From the NCBI GenBank assembly GCA_012797775.1, contig JAAZOM010000029.1:3722-67721 (forward strand): DNA of 64,000 nt, in the 5' to 3' direction. Below are positions 35,981-45,419 of the stretch, piece by piece; the stretch's first letter is position 1, and each line of letters starts with the position of its first letter. The notes below the pieces were generated by a model. It made no database searches and was not told where the DNA came from. It saw only the letters and a program-made list of their open reading frames with translations. Made by a program: the position numbers and the translations under genes. Origin of the DNA: Candidatus Kuenenbacteria bacterium (GTDB taxonomy: Bacteria > Patescibacteriota > Patescibacteriia > UBA2196 > GWA2-42-15).

Positions 35981-37246
35981 TTAAATTCCCGGTACTGGGA
36001 ATTGCGAGCACGTGGCTTCGACTTCGGATTTTATTTCATTAAGTTTGGAGTCGTTGGTGTGGTTTTGGAGTGCGGCGATAATCCAGTGGGCGATTTTTTG
36101 CATTTCGGTTTCTTTCATCCCTCGGGTGGTAGCGGCGGGCGTGCCAAGGCGAATACCGGAGGGGCGGAGTGGGGGATTGGGATCATCAGGAATAATTTGC
36201 TTATTAACAGTGATAGAAATTTTGTCCAGAGTTTTTTCGGCCGAGGTGCCGTCTAGATTAAAACTTTCAACAGTATTAATAACCAGCATATGATTATCAG
36301 TGCCATTAGTGATGAGTTTTATGTTGTTGTCCAAAAAGATCTGGGCTAGAGTTTTGGCGTTAATTAAAATTTGTTTCGCGTATTCTTTAAATTCTGGTTG
36401 GAGTGCTTTGCCGAGAGCTACGGCGATGGCGGCAATGGTGTGCATGTGCGGGCCGCCCTGAAGACCGGGAAAAACAGATTTGTCAATTTGTTTGGCGTAT
36501 TTTTCTTTGCAGAGGATCAGGCCAGCACGCGGGCCACGGAGGGATTTGTGGGTGGTGGTAGTCATAATATCAAAACCAAAATCTAGAGGGTTTTTCATGA
36601 CATCGCCGGCAATGAGCCCACCGATGTGCGACGTGTCTGCCATAGTAAGGGCACCAACCTCATCGGCAATTTTTTTAAATGCCGCATAATCTAGATCGCG
36701 AGGGTAGGAAGTATAACCGCAGAGAATAATTTTGGGCTTGGCTTCTAGGGCGACACGACGGAGCTCTTCAAAGTCAATGCGACCATTTTCTTCGGGGATG
36801 GTTTTGTAGCGAATAAAATTAAAAATTTGGCCCATGTGAGAAACTGGAGCGCCATGAGTCAGGTGACCGCCGTGAGAAAGGTCCATACCAAGAATCGTGT
36901 CACCGGGTTGGCAAAAAGTCAGATAAACTGCCTGATTCATGGGTGAGCCGGAAAGTGCCTGGACATTGGCATGTTCGGCGCGAAAGAGTTTTTTGGCGCG
37001 CTCGATAGCTAGCGTTTCTACGACATCGGTAAATTTTTGTCCGCCATAATAGCGTCGGCCAGGATACCCTTCCGAATATTTATTGGTGAGAATTGAGCCA
37101 TTAGCGGCAAAGACCTCCGGCCAAGTATAGTTTTCCGAAGGGATAAGCTCGATGCCTTTTTGTTCACGTTTTTCTTCACCAAGGATGGCGGCGTAAATTT
37201 CGGGGTCATTATTTTTTAATTGTTCAAGATTGGCAGAAGTATTCAT
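35981..37246 (-). CDS. glyA: Serine hydroxymethyltransferase
   Basis: TTTHKSLRGPR PLP-lysine region and SHMT-wide conservation. Confidence 0.95.
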   Translation of the reverse strand: MNTSANLEQLKNNDPEIYAAILGEEKREQKGIELIPSENYTWPEVFAANGSILTNKYSEGYPGRRYYGGQKFTDVVETLAIERAKKLFRAEHANVQALSGSPMNQAVYLTFCQPGDTILGMDLSHGGHLTHGAPVSHMGQIFNFIRYKTIPEENGRIDFEELRRVALEAKPKIILCGYTSYPRDLDYAAFKKIADEVGALTMADTSHIGGLIAGDVMKNPLDFGFDIMTTTTHKSLRGPRAGLILCKEKYAKQIDKSVFPGLQGGPHMHTIAAIAVALGKALQPEFKEYAKQILINAKTLAQIFLDNNIKLITNGTDNHMLVINTVESFNLDGTSAEKTLDKISITVNKQIIPDDPNPPLRPSGIRLGTPAATTRGMKETEMQKIAHWIIAALQNHTNDSKLNEIKSEVEATCSQFPVPGI

Positions 37247-37247
37247 G

Positions 37248-37652
37248 TTATTTTTTTATAAAACAATTAAAGTCTGGTAGCTGGAGGAAATTTATTTTAA
37301 AAAGTAAGAAGATAATCAGAGTATAGAGCGTGGCAATTATAAAATGTTTGAAAAATCTTTTTTTTGAATGTTCGTGTTCTTTGCCAAGTGCCTTTATGGC
37401 ACCGTAATGAACAAGCATTAGCCCAACCACGTTTGTTAGCCAGTAACCGAAAATCATAGCGGGTAGAAATATTTTTTGTGAGATCAGACCAAAGGGCAAA
37501 GAAAAGAAATAAGCAATAGGGATATTGAGGATAAGATCATTCCACCAGGAAAAAGGAGAAAGGAGATAACCGATAAGCACTAAAATACCGCCATGAATTT
37601 TTTGGGGTGGTTTTTTAATTATTAATTCAGGATTTTCTTTTTGGTTTTCCAC
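37248..37652 (-). CDS. Small hypothetical membrane protein
   Basis: 134 aa with three or four TM helices. Confidence 0.5.
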   Translation of the reverse strand: MENQKENPELIIKKPPQKIHGGILVLIGYLLSPFSWWNDLILNIPIAYFFSLPFGLISQKIFLPAMIFGYWLTNVVGLMLVHYGAIKALGKEHEHSKKRFFKHFIIATLYTLIIFLLFKINFLQLPDFNCFIKK

Positions 37653-38136
37653 CGGCGTAAATTTTTTGATATGCCTTGATGGTTGGCTTGATATTTGGAG
37701 AACAATTTTTGGGAAGATTATTTATATCAAACCATTGTATAGCTAGAATGTCTTTTCCCTGTTTGGGGCGTTCTTTTGTTGCCGCTAAGTAATGAATAAG
37801 GATAATCAGTTCAGGTTGTTTTTGGCCAGTTTCTGGTTTTTCTTGCCAGAGGGCCATTACAGGCAGGTCACCGATTATTTTTATTTTAACTCCGATTTCT
37901 TCTTTGGCTTCACGGATGGCATTTTCTTTTAGATCCCAACCTTTGAGCAGTTTGCCGCCGCAAAATTTCCATTTGAGTTTTTTGAGGGGCTTGTCGCCAT
38001 GTTTCACAAGTAGTGTTTGTAGTTTACCTTCTTTTTTTTGAATAATAACCGGGCCAGAGGCAATCATGGTTTTGAAGATGCCAATTTTTCCAGTTTTTGT
38101 TGCGTTTATATTTTTTGGGGTTTTAAGTTTATTCAT
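37627..38136 (-). CDS. NUDIX hydrolase
   Basis: Nudix box GGKLLKGWDLKENAIREAKEEIGV. Confidence 0.8.
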   Translation of the reverse strand: MNKLKTPKNINATKTGKIGIFKTMIASGPVIIQKKEGKLQTLLVKHGDKPLKKLKWKFCGGKLLKGWDLKENAIREAKEEIGVKIKIIGDLPVMALWQEKPETGQKQPELIILIHYLAATKERPKQGKDILAIQWFDINNLPKNCSPNIKPTIKAYQKIYAGGKPKRKS

Positions 38137-38154
38137 ATGGTTATAGTAGCAGAT

Positions 38155-39777
38155 TTACAAACTTTTTACCATGTAGGTATTTTCTAGTTTATAGCCCAGT
38201 TTTTTATAATAACCGCGGACGCCGATGCCGGAGATAATCGAGAGTTTTTGATAATGATTTTGGTGCGTGATTTTTTCGGCTTGGGTGAGGAGTTTTTTGC
38301 CAAGGCCAGTATGCTGAACGGCACCTTTTTGATTAAGGGGGACCATTTCGCCATAAGTGTGGAGCTCGCGAAGGAGGGCGGTAGGTTGGTAGGGAGGTAG
38401 GTTGGTAGGGAGGTAGGTTGGTAAGAAGAGGCGGCAGAAGGCATAGAGAATTTTTTGGTCCGGCGATTCATAGCTCAAAAAATATTCGGTGCCGTTGGAT
38501 ACTGGATAGGTTCTAATAAATAATTTAGGATTTAGGACTTTGGATTTATTTGGAAATTGGAAATTGGAAATTGGAAATTGATTTTGGTGCCCGGCTTCAC
38601 GGCAACGGATACATTGGCAAGTGAGATTTTGTTTAGTCATGGAAAATTTTATTTCCTGGCGGAGGTTGGTGATTTTGTTGCCAGCAATAATGGATTCTTC
38701 CGGAATGTCTCTGATAATTCTAATCAGGCGTACCCAGGGTGGAGTGATGGTTTTTATTTTAATAATTAAATTGGTCAGGGCTTTGTCTGAATAGGCATGC
38801 CATTTACCTTTTTGCCACCATTGATAGAGAAGAGAATTTCGGGCGACAACGCAGGGATAAATTTTAATTTGGTCAGGCTGAAAGTGCGGGTCGGAATAAA
38901 TACGCTTGAACATCGTTAAGTCTTTGGCTGGGGTAGAGCCGGGTAGATTAAGCATCAGATGGTAAGTAATTTTAAAACCAAATTGACGGAGTAGGGCAGT
39001 AGCTTTGATAGTTTGAGCAACGAGGTGGCCGCGTTTGTTGAGTTTGAGAATTTGATCATCAAGATGCTGGACGCCGATTTCCACGCGCGTACAACCAAGG
39101 AGACGCATAGTTTGTAATTCTTTTTCATTGATATAGTCGGGCCGAGTTTCTAGGGTAAGACCAATGATACGATTGGTGGCAGATTCGTTTTTTTTCTGCT
39201 CGTGCAAGAGTTGTTTTTGCAGGAGTTGGGTATTTAACGCTTTGTTAGCTTTTTTATTTTTGGGAAAGTCATTGGCGGCACGAAAACATTCTTTAATAAA
39301 CCAGAATTGATATTTTTTTGGATAATAGGACCAGGTGCCACCGAGGACAATTAATTCTAATTTATCAGTAGCGTGCCCGTTGTTTTGGAGAGCGCGGAGG
39401 CGCATCTGGACTTGTTTATAAGGATCAAATTTGCAAAGCACGGCGCGCATAACGGCTGGTTCATTTTTGAGATAGCTGACGGGCATTTTTTTCTGATGTG
39501 GACAATAGGCACAGGTGCCGGGGCAGGGATGGGGCTTGGCCAAAACGGTGACGGCGGCAATACCAGAAAGAGTGCGGACTTTGCGCTTGCGTAAAAATTT
39601 TAAAAGATGTGAATGGGGCTCATGTGTCTTTTTTAATTCTAGTAAAAGTTCAGAGTTGGTCGGCGGTTCAGCCATTTTAAATTTTTTGGCAAAGAGACGT
39701 TTGGCCACGGATAATTCTTCCTCGGCTTGAGGAGGATTTTTTTGGAGATATTTGATTAGCTCAGAAGAGATGGACAT
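38155..39777 (-). CDS. Elp3-like radical SAM + GNAT acetyltransferase (tRNA wobble-uridine modification family)
   Basis: Radical-SAM cysteine cluster CPGTCAYCP and a C-terminal GNAT motif (HTGLGKKLL). Carries two in-frame short tandem repeat insertions (38381-38428, 38553-38582). Confidence 0.7.
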   Translation of the reverse strand: MSISSELIKYLQKNPPQAEEELSVAKRLFAKKFKMAEPPTNSELLLELKKTHEPHSHLLKFLRKRKVRTLSGIAAVTVLAKPHPCPGTCAYCPHQKKMPVSYLKNEPAVMRAVLCKFDPYKQVQMRLRALQNNGHATDKLELIVLGGTWSYYPKKYQFWFIKECFRAANDFPKNKKANKALNTQLLQKQLLHEQKKNESATNRIIGLTLETRPDYINEKELQTMRLLGCTRVEIGVQHLDDQILKLNKRGHLVAQTIKATALLRQFGFKITYHLMLNLPGSTPAKDLTMFKRIYSDPHFQPDQIKIYPCVVARNSLLYQWWQKGKWHAYSDKALTNLIIKIKTITPPWVRLIRIIRDIPEESIIAGNKITNLRQEIKFSMTKQNLTCQCIRCREAGHQNQFPISNFQFPNKSKVLNPKLFIRTYPVSNGTEYFLSYESPDQKILYAFCRLFLPTYLPTNLPPYQPTALLRELHTYGEMVPLNQKGAVQHTGLGKKLLTQAEKITHQNHYQKLSIISGIGVRGYYKKLGYKLENTYMVKSL

Positions 39778-39914
39778 AGTGAGGTTATTATATAAGTAGG
39801 GGGGAGATAGTCAAGGAATCTACGAATATACAAATCAGTTATGAATATACGAATAAATACCATAATTCATAATACATTATTCATAATTCATTTTTTGTGT
39901 TAGATTGAGGATAT

Positions 39915-40727
39915 ATGAATAATGAACAAGCAAAAAGAATAATGGAAATTAGCAAAAAGACCTACGAGATGATTGCGGCGGATTTTTCAGCGACGAGAAA
40001 TAGGGTGTGGCCCGAGATGGAGATATTGGTCAAAAAGTATGTAAAGCCGGGGATGAAGGTGTTGGATTTGGGGTGTGGGAATGGGAGACTTTTGGAGGTT
40101 TTACCGGAGGTGGAATATTGGGGAGTGGACGTGTCAGAAGGATTGGTGGGAGAGGCAGAAGATAAACTCAAAACTCAAAACTCAAAACTCAAAACAGTTT
40201 TTAGGGTGTTGGATATGTTGGAGCTGGAAAAACTGGGAGAGAAAAATTTTGATGTGGTATTTATGTTTGCGAGTTTGAACCATATTGCGGGAGAAGAAAA
40301 TAGATTGAAAGTTTTGGAAGAGATAAAAAAAATATTAAAGCCGGGCGGAGTGGTGGTGATGACGAATTGGAATATGTGGCAGGTGGGGGCGGGGAAGAAC
40401 ATGTGGAGATATAAATTACAATTTTCAAGATACAAGATACAAGATACAAATAAATCCCAAATTTCAAATTCCAAATCCAAAATAAATCCCAAATTTCAAA
40501 TTCCAAAATTTGGTTTAGGATTTAGGGATGCGATGACGAGATGGCAGAGTGGAGACAAAAAAAGGGTCGGGGAGCTTTATTACCGAGCGTTTAATTTGGT
40601 GGAGTTGAGAAAATTGATGCGGGAGGCGGAGTTTGAGGTGGTGGAGAATTATTATTCTTTGGATGGGAAGAGGGCGTGTTGGTGGAATGGAAGGAATATT
40701 GTGAGTGTGGGAAAATTTAATGGATAA
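39915..40727 (+). CDS. Class I SAM-dependent methyltransferase
   Basis: VLDLGCGNGRL motif I. Contains in-frame heptamer repeat insertions. Confidence 0.75.
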   Translation: MNNEQAKRIMEISKKTYEMIAADFSATRNRVWPEMEILVKKYVKPGMKVLDLGCGNGRLLEVLPEVEYWGVDVSEGLVGEAEDKLKTQNSKLKTVFRVLDMLELEKLGEKNFDVVFMFASLNHIAGEENRLKVLEEIKKILKPGGVVVMTNWNMWQVGAGKNMWRYKLQFSRYKIQDTNKSQISNSKSKINPKFQIPKFGLGFRDAMTRWQSGDKKRVGELYYRAFNLVELRKLMREAEFEVVENYYSLDGKRACWWNGRNIVSVGKFNG

Positions 40728-40756
40728 TTGTTGGTTTAAATGATAGAATATATTAT

Positions 40757-43615
40757 ATGAAAAAGGAAAAAATAGCTATAATTGATGCCAATGCAATAGT
40801 CCATCGGGCGTTTCATGCCCTGCCGCCTTTGATGACCAAGGACGGGGTTCTGGTCAATGCGGTCTATGGTTTTGCCAATATTTTATTGAAAGTTTTGAAA
40901 GACATAAAGCCGGAATATGTGGCGGTGTGTTTTGACGTATCGAAAGAAACTTTTCGCTTGGAAATGTATAAAGAGTATAAGGCGCAAAGGGAAAAGCAGC
41001 CTGATGAATTGTATAGCCAAATTGATTTGGTGAAAGAGATGATTGGGGCGTTTAATATGTCGATTTTTGCCGTAAAGGGGTTTGAAGCCGATGATTTGAT
41101 AGGGACTATTGTAAAAAAAATCCAAAATTTTAATGTCAAACAAAATCCAAAATCCAAAATCCAAAAAGGGAACGAAATTGAGAGTGTGGTTGTGACGGGG
41201 GATATGGATACTTTGCAGCTGATAGGTGATAATACCAAAGTTTACACTCTAAAAAAAGGCATTGCAGATACAATTATTTATGATGAGACGGCGGTCAGAG
41301 CGCGGTATGGATTTGGCCCGGAGGCAATGGTTGATTACAAGGCGCTTAGAGGCGATCCGTCGGATAATATACCGGGAGTGAAAGGTATAGGGGAGAAGAC
41401 GGCAACGGAATTGATAAAAGAATTTGGGACGCTGGAAAAAGTGTATGAGTATGTTGAACAAACCCAAAATCCAAAATCCAAATTTCTAATCAAATCCAAA
41501 ATCCAAAATCAAAAAGATTTAAAAATAAAAGGAGCGGTATTAGAGAAATTGATGGAGCATAAAAAAGAAGCGTTTTTGTCCAAGGAGTTGGCGACGATTA
41601 AGACAGATGTGCCAATGAAATTTGACTTGGAAGGGTGCCGAGTGAGACCATTTGACGCACCAAAAATTGTAGAATTATTTCAGGCGTGGAATTTTAAATC
41701 ATTGATCGCCCGAATTCCCGCAGCGGAAAAAGAGCTGACAAGGGGGCAGGGGAGTTTGTTTGCTAAAAGAGAGGAGACTAGAGAAGAAAGAAAGGTTGAT
41801 TTTGAAATAGGAAAAGGATATATATTGGTTGATAGCCAAGAGAAAGTAGAAAGGTTTTTGGTGGAACTCGGAAAACAAAAAATATTTGCCATTGATACAG
41901 AGACAAATGGGCTGGATCCGTTTCAGGCTGATTTGATTGGAATTAGTTTTAGTTTTGAAGAGGGGAAAGGGTATTACCTGCCTGTCGGAAGAAATTTTCA
42001 ATTTTCAATTTTCAATTTTCAATTATTATTAAATAAATTAAAACAGATTTTGGCGGATGGGGGTATTAAGAAGGTGGGGCATAATATTAAATTTGATATG
42101 GAGACTTTGGCTGGGGCGGGATTGGAACTGAAAGGAGTGGAATTTGATACCATGGTGGCGTCTTATCTTTTGAACCCGGGGACAAGACAGCACAATCTTG
42201 ATGCGGTGGTATTCACTGAATTTGGTTATGAGATGACACCGATAGAGAGTCTGATAGGTAAGGGGAAAGACCAGATTACAATGGATAAAGTAGAATTAAA
42301 CAGGGTGGCGGATTATGCGATTGAGGATGCTGACTATACTTGGCGGTTGTATAAAAGATTGGACAAACAATTGATAAAAAACAAATTGCGAGAATTGATG
42401 GATAAAATTGAGACGCCATTAATTTCAGTTTTGGCTGAAATTGAGAAAAATGGGGTTTTGGTTGATGTAAAATTTCTTGGCAAGATGAGTCGTGAAGCAG
42501 GGGAAAGAATAAAAGAATTGGAGAAAAAGATTTATAAAATGGCAGGGCGGGAATTTAATGTGCGTTCGCCAATACAACTTAAAGAGGTTTTGTTTGATGA
42601 GATGGGGATTTCAAGGTTGGGGTTGGCAAAAACCAAAACGGGAACCTCAACAGCCGCAGCAGAGCTGGACAAACTGCAGGGCGTTCATCCGATTATTGAT
42701 TTGATTTTGGAGCATCGGGAATTGTCAAAATTGAAGAGCACCTATACAGATGCTTTGCCGGAGTTGATAAACCCAAAGACCGGCCGGATCCATGCTTCAT
42801 TTAATCAGACAGTAACAGCGACCGGGAGGCTGTCATCTTCAGAGCCAAACTTACAAAATATTCCTATCAGAACAGAATTGGGCAAAAAAATTAGGCAGGC
42901 ATTTGTGGCACCCAAGGGTTTTAAGATAGTAACGATAGATTATTCGCAGATAGAGCTCAGGATTGCGGCTTCAATGTCGGGTGATAAGAAAATGTTGCAA
43001 GCTTTTAAAAATAGTGAGGATATCCATCGGCGAACGGCGGCAGAGGTTTTTGGTGTAAAACCAGAAGCGGTGACACCAGAAATGAGGCGCAAGGCCAAAG
43101 AAGTAAACTTTGGGGTTTTGTATGGGCTGGGGGCTAGGGGCTTGGCGCAGAGAACCGGGACGAGTTATGAAGAGGCAATGCTTTTTATTGAAAAATATTT
43201 TGAGATATTTGGTGATTTGAAAAATTATTTGGAGGAAACCATTGAGCAGGCACATGAAAATGAATATGTGGAGACGCTTTTTGGCCGGAAACGTTATTTG
43301 CCAGAGATCAATGCTGAACACCAACAGCTAAGGGCGGCAGCAGAGAGAATGGCGGTCAATCAACCAATCCAAGGTACGGCGGCTGACCTGATGAAGCTGG
43401 CGATGATAAAAATAGATGAGATGCTTAAAAAAGATAAGCTTGGGGAGATAAAAATGGTTTTGCAGGTGCATGATGAGTTGGTATTCGAAGCTCCAGACAA
43501 TATGGCAGAGGTGATTGGCAAAAAAATGAAAGAAACGATGGAAAGTGTTTATAAATTTAAGTGTCCAATAGTGGCAGAGATGTCTATTGGTAATAATTGG
43601 GGAGAATGTAAATAA
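40757..43615 (+). CDS. polA: DNA polymerase I
   Basis: 5'-3' exonuclease N-terminus, 3'-5' exonuclease-like middle, pol A motifs (DYSQIELR, QVHDELVFE). Three in-frame repeat insertions. Confidence 0.95.
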   Translation: MKKEKIAIIDANAIVHRAFHALPPLMTKDGVLVNAVYGFANILLKVLKDIKPEYVAVCFDVSKETFRLEMYKEYKAQREKQPDELYSQIDLVKEMIGAFNMSIFAVKGFEADDLIGTIVKKIQNFNVKQNPKSKIQKGNEIESVVVTGDMDTLQLIGDNTKVYTLKKGIADTIIYDETAVRARYGFGPEAMVDYKALRGDPSDNIPGVKGIGEKTATELIKEFGTLEKVYEYVEQTQNPKSKFLIKSKIQNQKDLKIKGAVLEKLMEHKKEAFLSKELATIKTDVPMKFDLEGCRVRPFDAPKIVELFQAWNFKSLIARIPAAEKELTRGQGSLFAKREETREERKVDFEIGKGYILVDSQEKVERFLVELGKQKIFAIDTETNGLDPFQADLIGISFSFEEGKGYYLPVGRNFQFSIFNFQLLLNKLKQILADGGIKKVGHNIKFDMETLAGAGLELKGVEFDTMVASYLLNPGTRQHNLDAVVFTEFGYEMTPIESLIGKGKDQITMDKVELNRVADYAIEDADYTWRLYKRLDKQLIKNKLRELMDKIETPLISVLAEIEKNGVLVDVKFLGKMSREAGERIKELEKKIYKMAGREFNVRSPIQLKEVLFDEMGISRLGLAKTKTGTSTAAAELDKLQGVHPIIDLILEHRELSKLKSTYTDALPELINPKTGRIHASFNQTVTATGRLSSSEPNLQNIPIRTELGKKIRQAFVAPKGFKIVTIDYSQIELRIAASMSGDKKMLQAFKNSEDIHRRTAAEVFGVKPEAVTPEMRRKAKEVNFGVLYGLGARGLAQRTGTSYEEAMLFIEKYFEIFGDLKNYLEETIEQAHENEYVETLFGRKRYLPEINAEHQQLRAAAERMAVNQPIQGTAADLMKLAMIKIDEMLKKDKLGEIKMVLQVHDELVFEAPDNMAEVIGKKMKETMESVYKFKCPIVAEMSIGNNWGECK

Positions 43616-43809
43616 AATGTAAAATTTAAAACTCAAATTTAAATTTATATATGGTATTTGCATAGTTTTTTGAAAAATGCCATAATTACTATATAAATCT
43701 AATTTTTCCAGATATTTTGGCTGTAGGCCAGAGCGATCTGGAAGATAGATCTATGGCCCTTTTATCTCGCCAAAGGCGGGGTAAAGTTATAAACTAAATG
43801 TAGAAAAAT

Positions 43810-44091
43810 ATGGCCAAAATGACGAAATCAGCCTTGTTACAAGCTTTGGCAGACAAGACTGGTATGACCAAAAAAGACGTTGCTTCTTTTTTGGAAAAAA
43901 TGGTCGAATTAGCTTATTCTGAAGTAAAGAAGAATGGCGAATTCGTAGTGCCTGGTATGGGTAAAATGGTAAAGGTTATGCGCAAAGCTAGAGAGGGTAG
44001 AAACCCGGCAACTGGCGAGACTATCAAGATCCCGGCCAAAACAGTAGTAAAATTTAGAGTAGCCAAGGCCGCAAAAGAAGCAGTATTATAA
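43810..44091 (+). CDS. hup: DNA-binding protein HU
   Basis: 93 aa with KKDVASFLE..GMGKM..RNPATGE..IPAK HU signature. Confidence 0.9.
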   Translation: MAKMTKSALLQALADKTGMTKKDVASFLEKMVELAYSEVKKNGEFVVPGMGKMVKVMRKAREGRNPATGETIKIPAKTVVKFRVAKAAKEAVL

Positions 44092-44106
44092 GAAAAAGAA
44101 TTTATA

Positions 44107-44140
44107 AGAACAAAAAATCCTTCCGCATACACGGAGGGAT
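44107..44140 (+). terminator. Rho-independent terminator after hup
   Basis: TCCTTCCGCATACACGGAGGGA hairpin followed by TTTTTTAG. Confidence 0.7.
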
Positions 44141-44210
44141 TTTTTAGCCCCTAATTTTTATAGTGTGCTTTTAAGTCCGCGGCTATTGGTGGTTTTTAAA
44201 TTATGATCAA

Positions 44211-45257
44211 TTATTCATTAAACACAGAGCCATCAATCGCGTATTTTTTGGCAATTTCCTTGGTGATTAGTTTTTCCTTGATAAGTTGTTGTAGGTATTG
44301 GTCCATACTGATCATGCCATCGTCTGAGGAGGTTTGGATAACGGTTTTTATCTGGGCAATTTTGTTTTCTCTGATGAGGTTGGCGACAGCTGGGGTGTTG
44401 ATCATGATTTCTCTGGCCACGACGCGGCTTTGTCCGTCTGGAGCGGGGAGGAGTTGTTGGGCGATAACACCAATAAGACACATAGACAACTGCATACGTA
44501 TCTGATCTTGCTGGTGAGGTGGGAAGATGTCAATAATTCTGTCTATTGTTTGAGAGGCATTGGGTGTGTGGAGGGTGGTCAAAACAAGGTGCCCGGTTTC
44601 TGCTAGGGTGATAGTAGACGAGATTGTTTCTAGGTCGCGCATTTCGCCAACCATAATGACGTTGGGGTCTTGTCTTAATACATGTTTTAGGGCTTCGGGG
44701 AAAGAAACAAAATCAAAACCATATTGGCGCTGGCGGATAATGCTTTTTTGCGGCTGAAAGACGAATTCAATCGGATCTTCCATGGTTATGATATTGGCAG
44801 CACGGGAGTTATTTATATAGTTGATAATGGCGGCGAGTGAGGTGGACTTACCGCAGCCGGTTGGGCCAGTAAGAATAATCAGGCCTTGATTGAGCTCGGC
44901 TAGCCGATAGACAATTTGGGGCATATTAGTTGATTCCATGGTTGGCGGTTCGGTGTTGATAATGCGGGCGACCAGTCCGGGATTACCTTTTTCAAAATGA
45001 AGATTGACACGAAAACGTTCTCCGGAGCTAAGTTCATGGGAGACATCCATTTCTCGAGTATTGATAAAATCTTCTTTTTGTTTGGGCGTTAGGATGGTAT
45101 ATATTAATTCTTCAACTTTCTTTTTGTTGATAATACCAAAATCATCAAGACGATAAAGAACACCATTGATTCTGATAATTGGTGGTTCATTGACGACGAG
45201 GTGGACGTCAGAGGCGCCTTTGTCGACGCCGATTTTAAAGATTTGATCCAAGAGCAT
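44211..45257 (-). CDS. pilT: Type IV pilus retraction ATPase PilT (twitching motility)
   Basis: Walker A LTGPTGCGKSTSLAAII. Asp box, His box and PilT-family length. Confidence 0.9.
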   Translation of the reverse strand: MLLDQIFKIGVDKGASDVHLVVNEPPIIRINGVLYRLDDFGIINKKKVEELIYTILTPKQKEDFINTREMDVSHELSSGERFRVNLHFEKGNPGLVARIINTEPPTMESTNMPQIVYRLAELNQGLIILTGPTGCGKSTSLAAIINYINNSRAANIITMEDPIEFVFQPQKSIIRQRQYGFDFVSFPEALKHVLRQDPNVIMVGEMRDLETISSTITLAETGHLVLTTLHTPNASQTIDRIIDIFPPHQQDQIRMQLSMCLIGVIAQQLLPAPDGQSRVVAREIMINTPAVANLIRENKIAQIKTVIQTSSDDGMISMDQYLQQLIKEKLITKEIAKKYAIDGSVFNE

Positions 45258-45419
45258 AGTAGTTGGTTAATTTTTATATGGTTATTATACCACAATTGTC
45301 TCACTGGTGGTAATTTTTTGGGTGTAATTTTTTTTGACTTTTGGCGGCGTTTATGGTTAGATTGTTTAAATACTAGAAAACAAAAATTGACATATCAATA
45401 TAAGGTTTGGGAGGACAAG

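Noticed and set aside
38553-38582. Possible CRISPR array from regularly spaced GGAAATT repeats
   Set aside because: The units are 7 bp with no spacers. They sit in-frame inside the Elp3-like gene and belong to the heptamer microsatellite family. No CRISPR-like repeat-spacer architecture was found anywhere in the window.
45201-45419. ORF-track start of the helicase gene at 45201, overlapping the pilT 3' end
   Set aside because: The first 73 codons are hydrophobic junk overlapping pilT on the other strand. ATG 45420 has a GGGAGG SD and begins the conserved protein.
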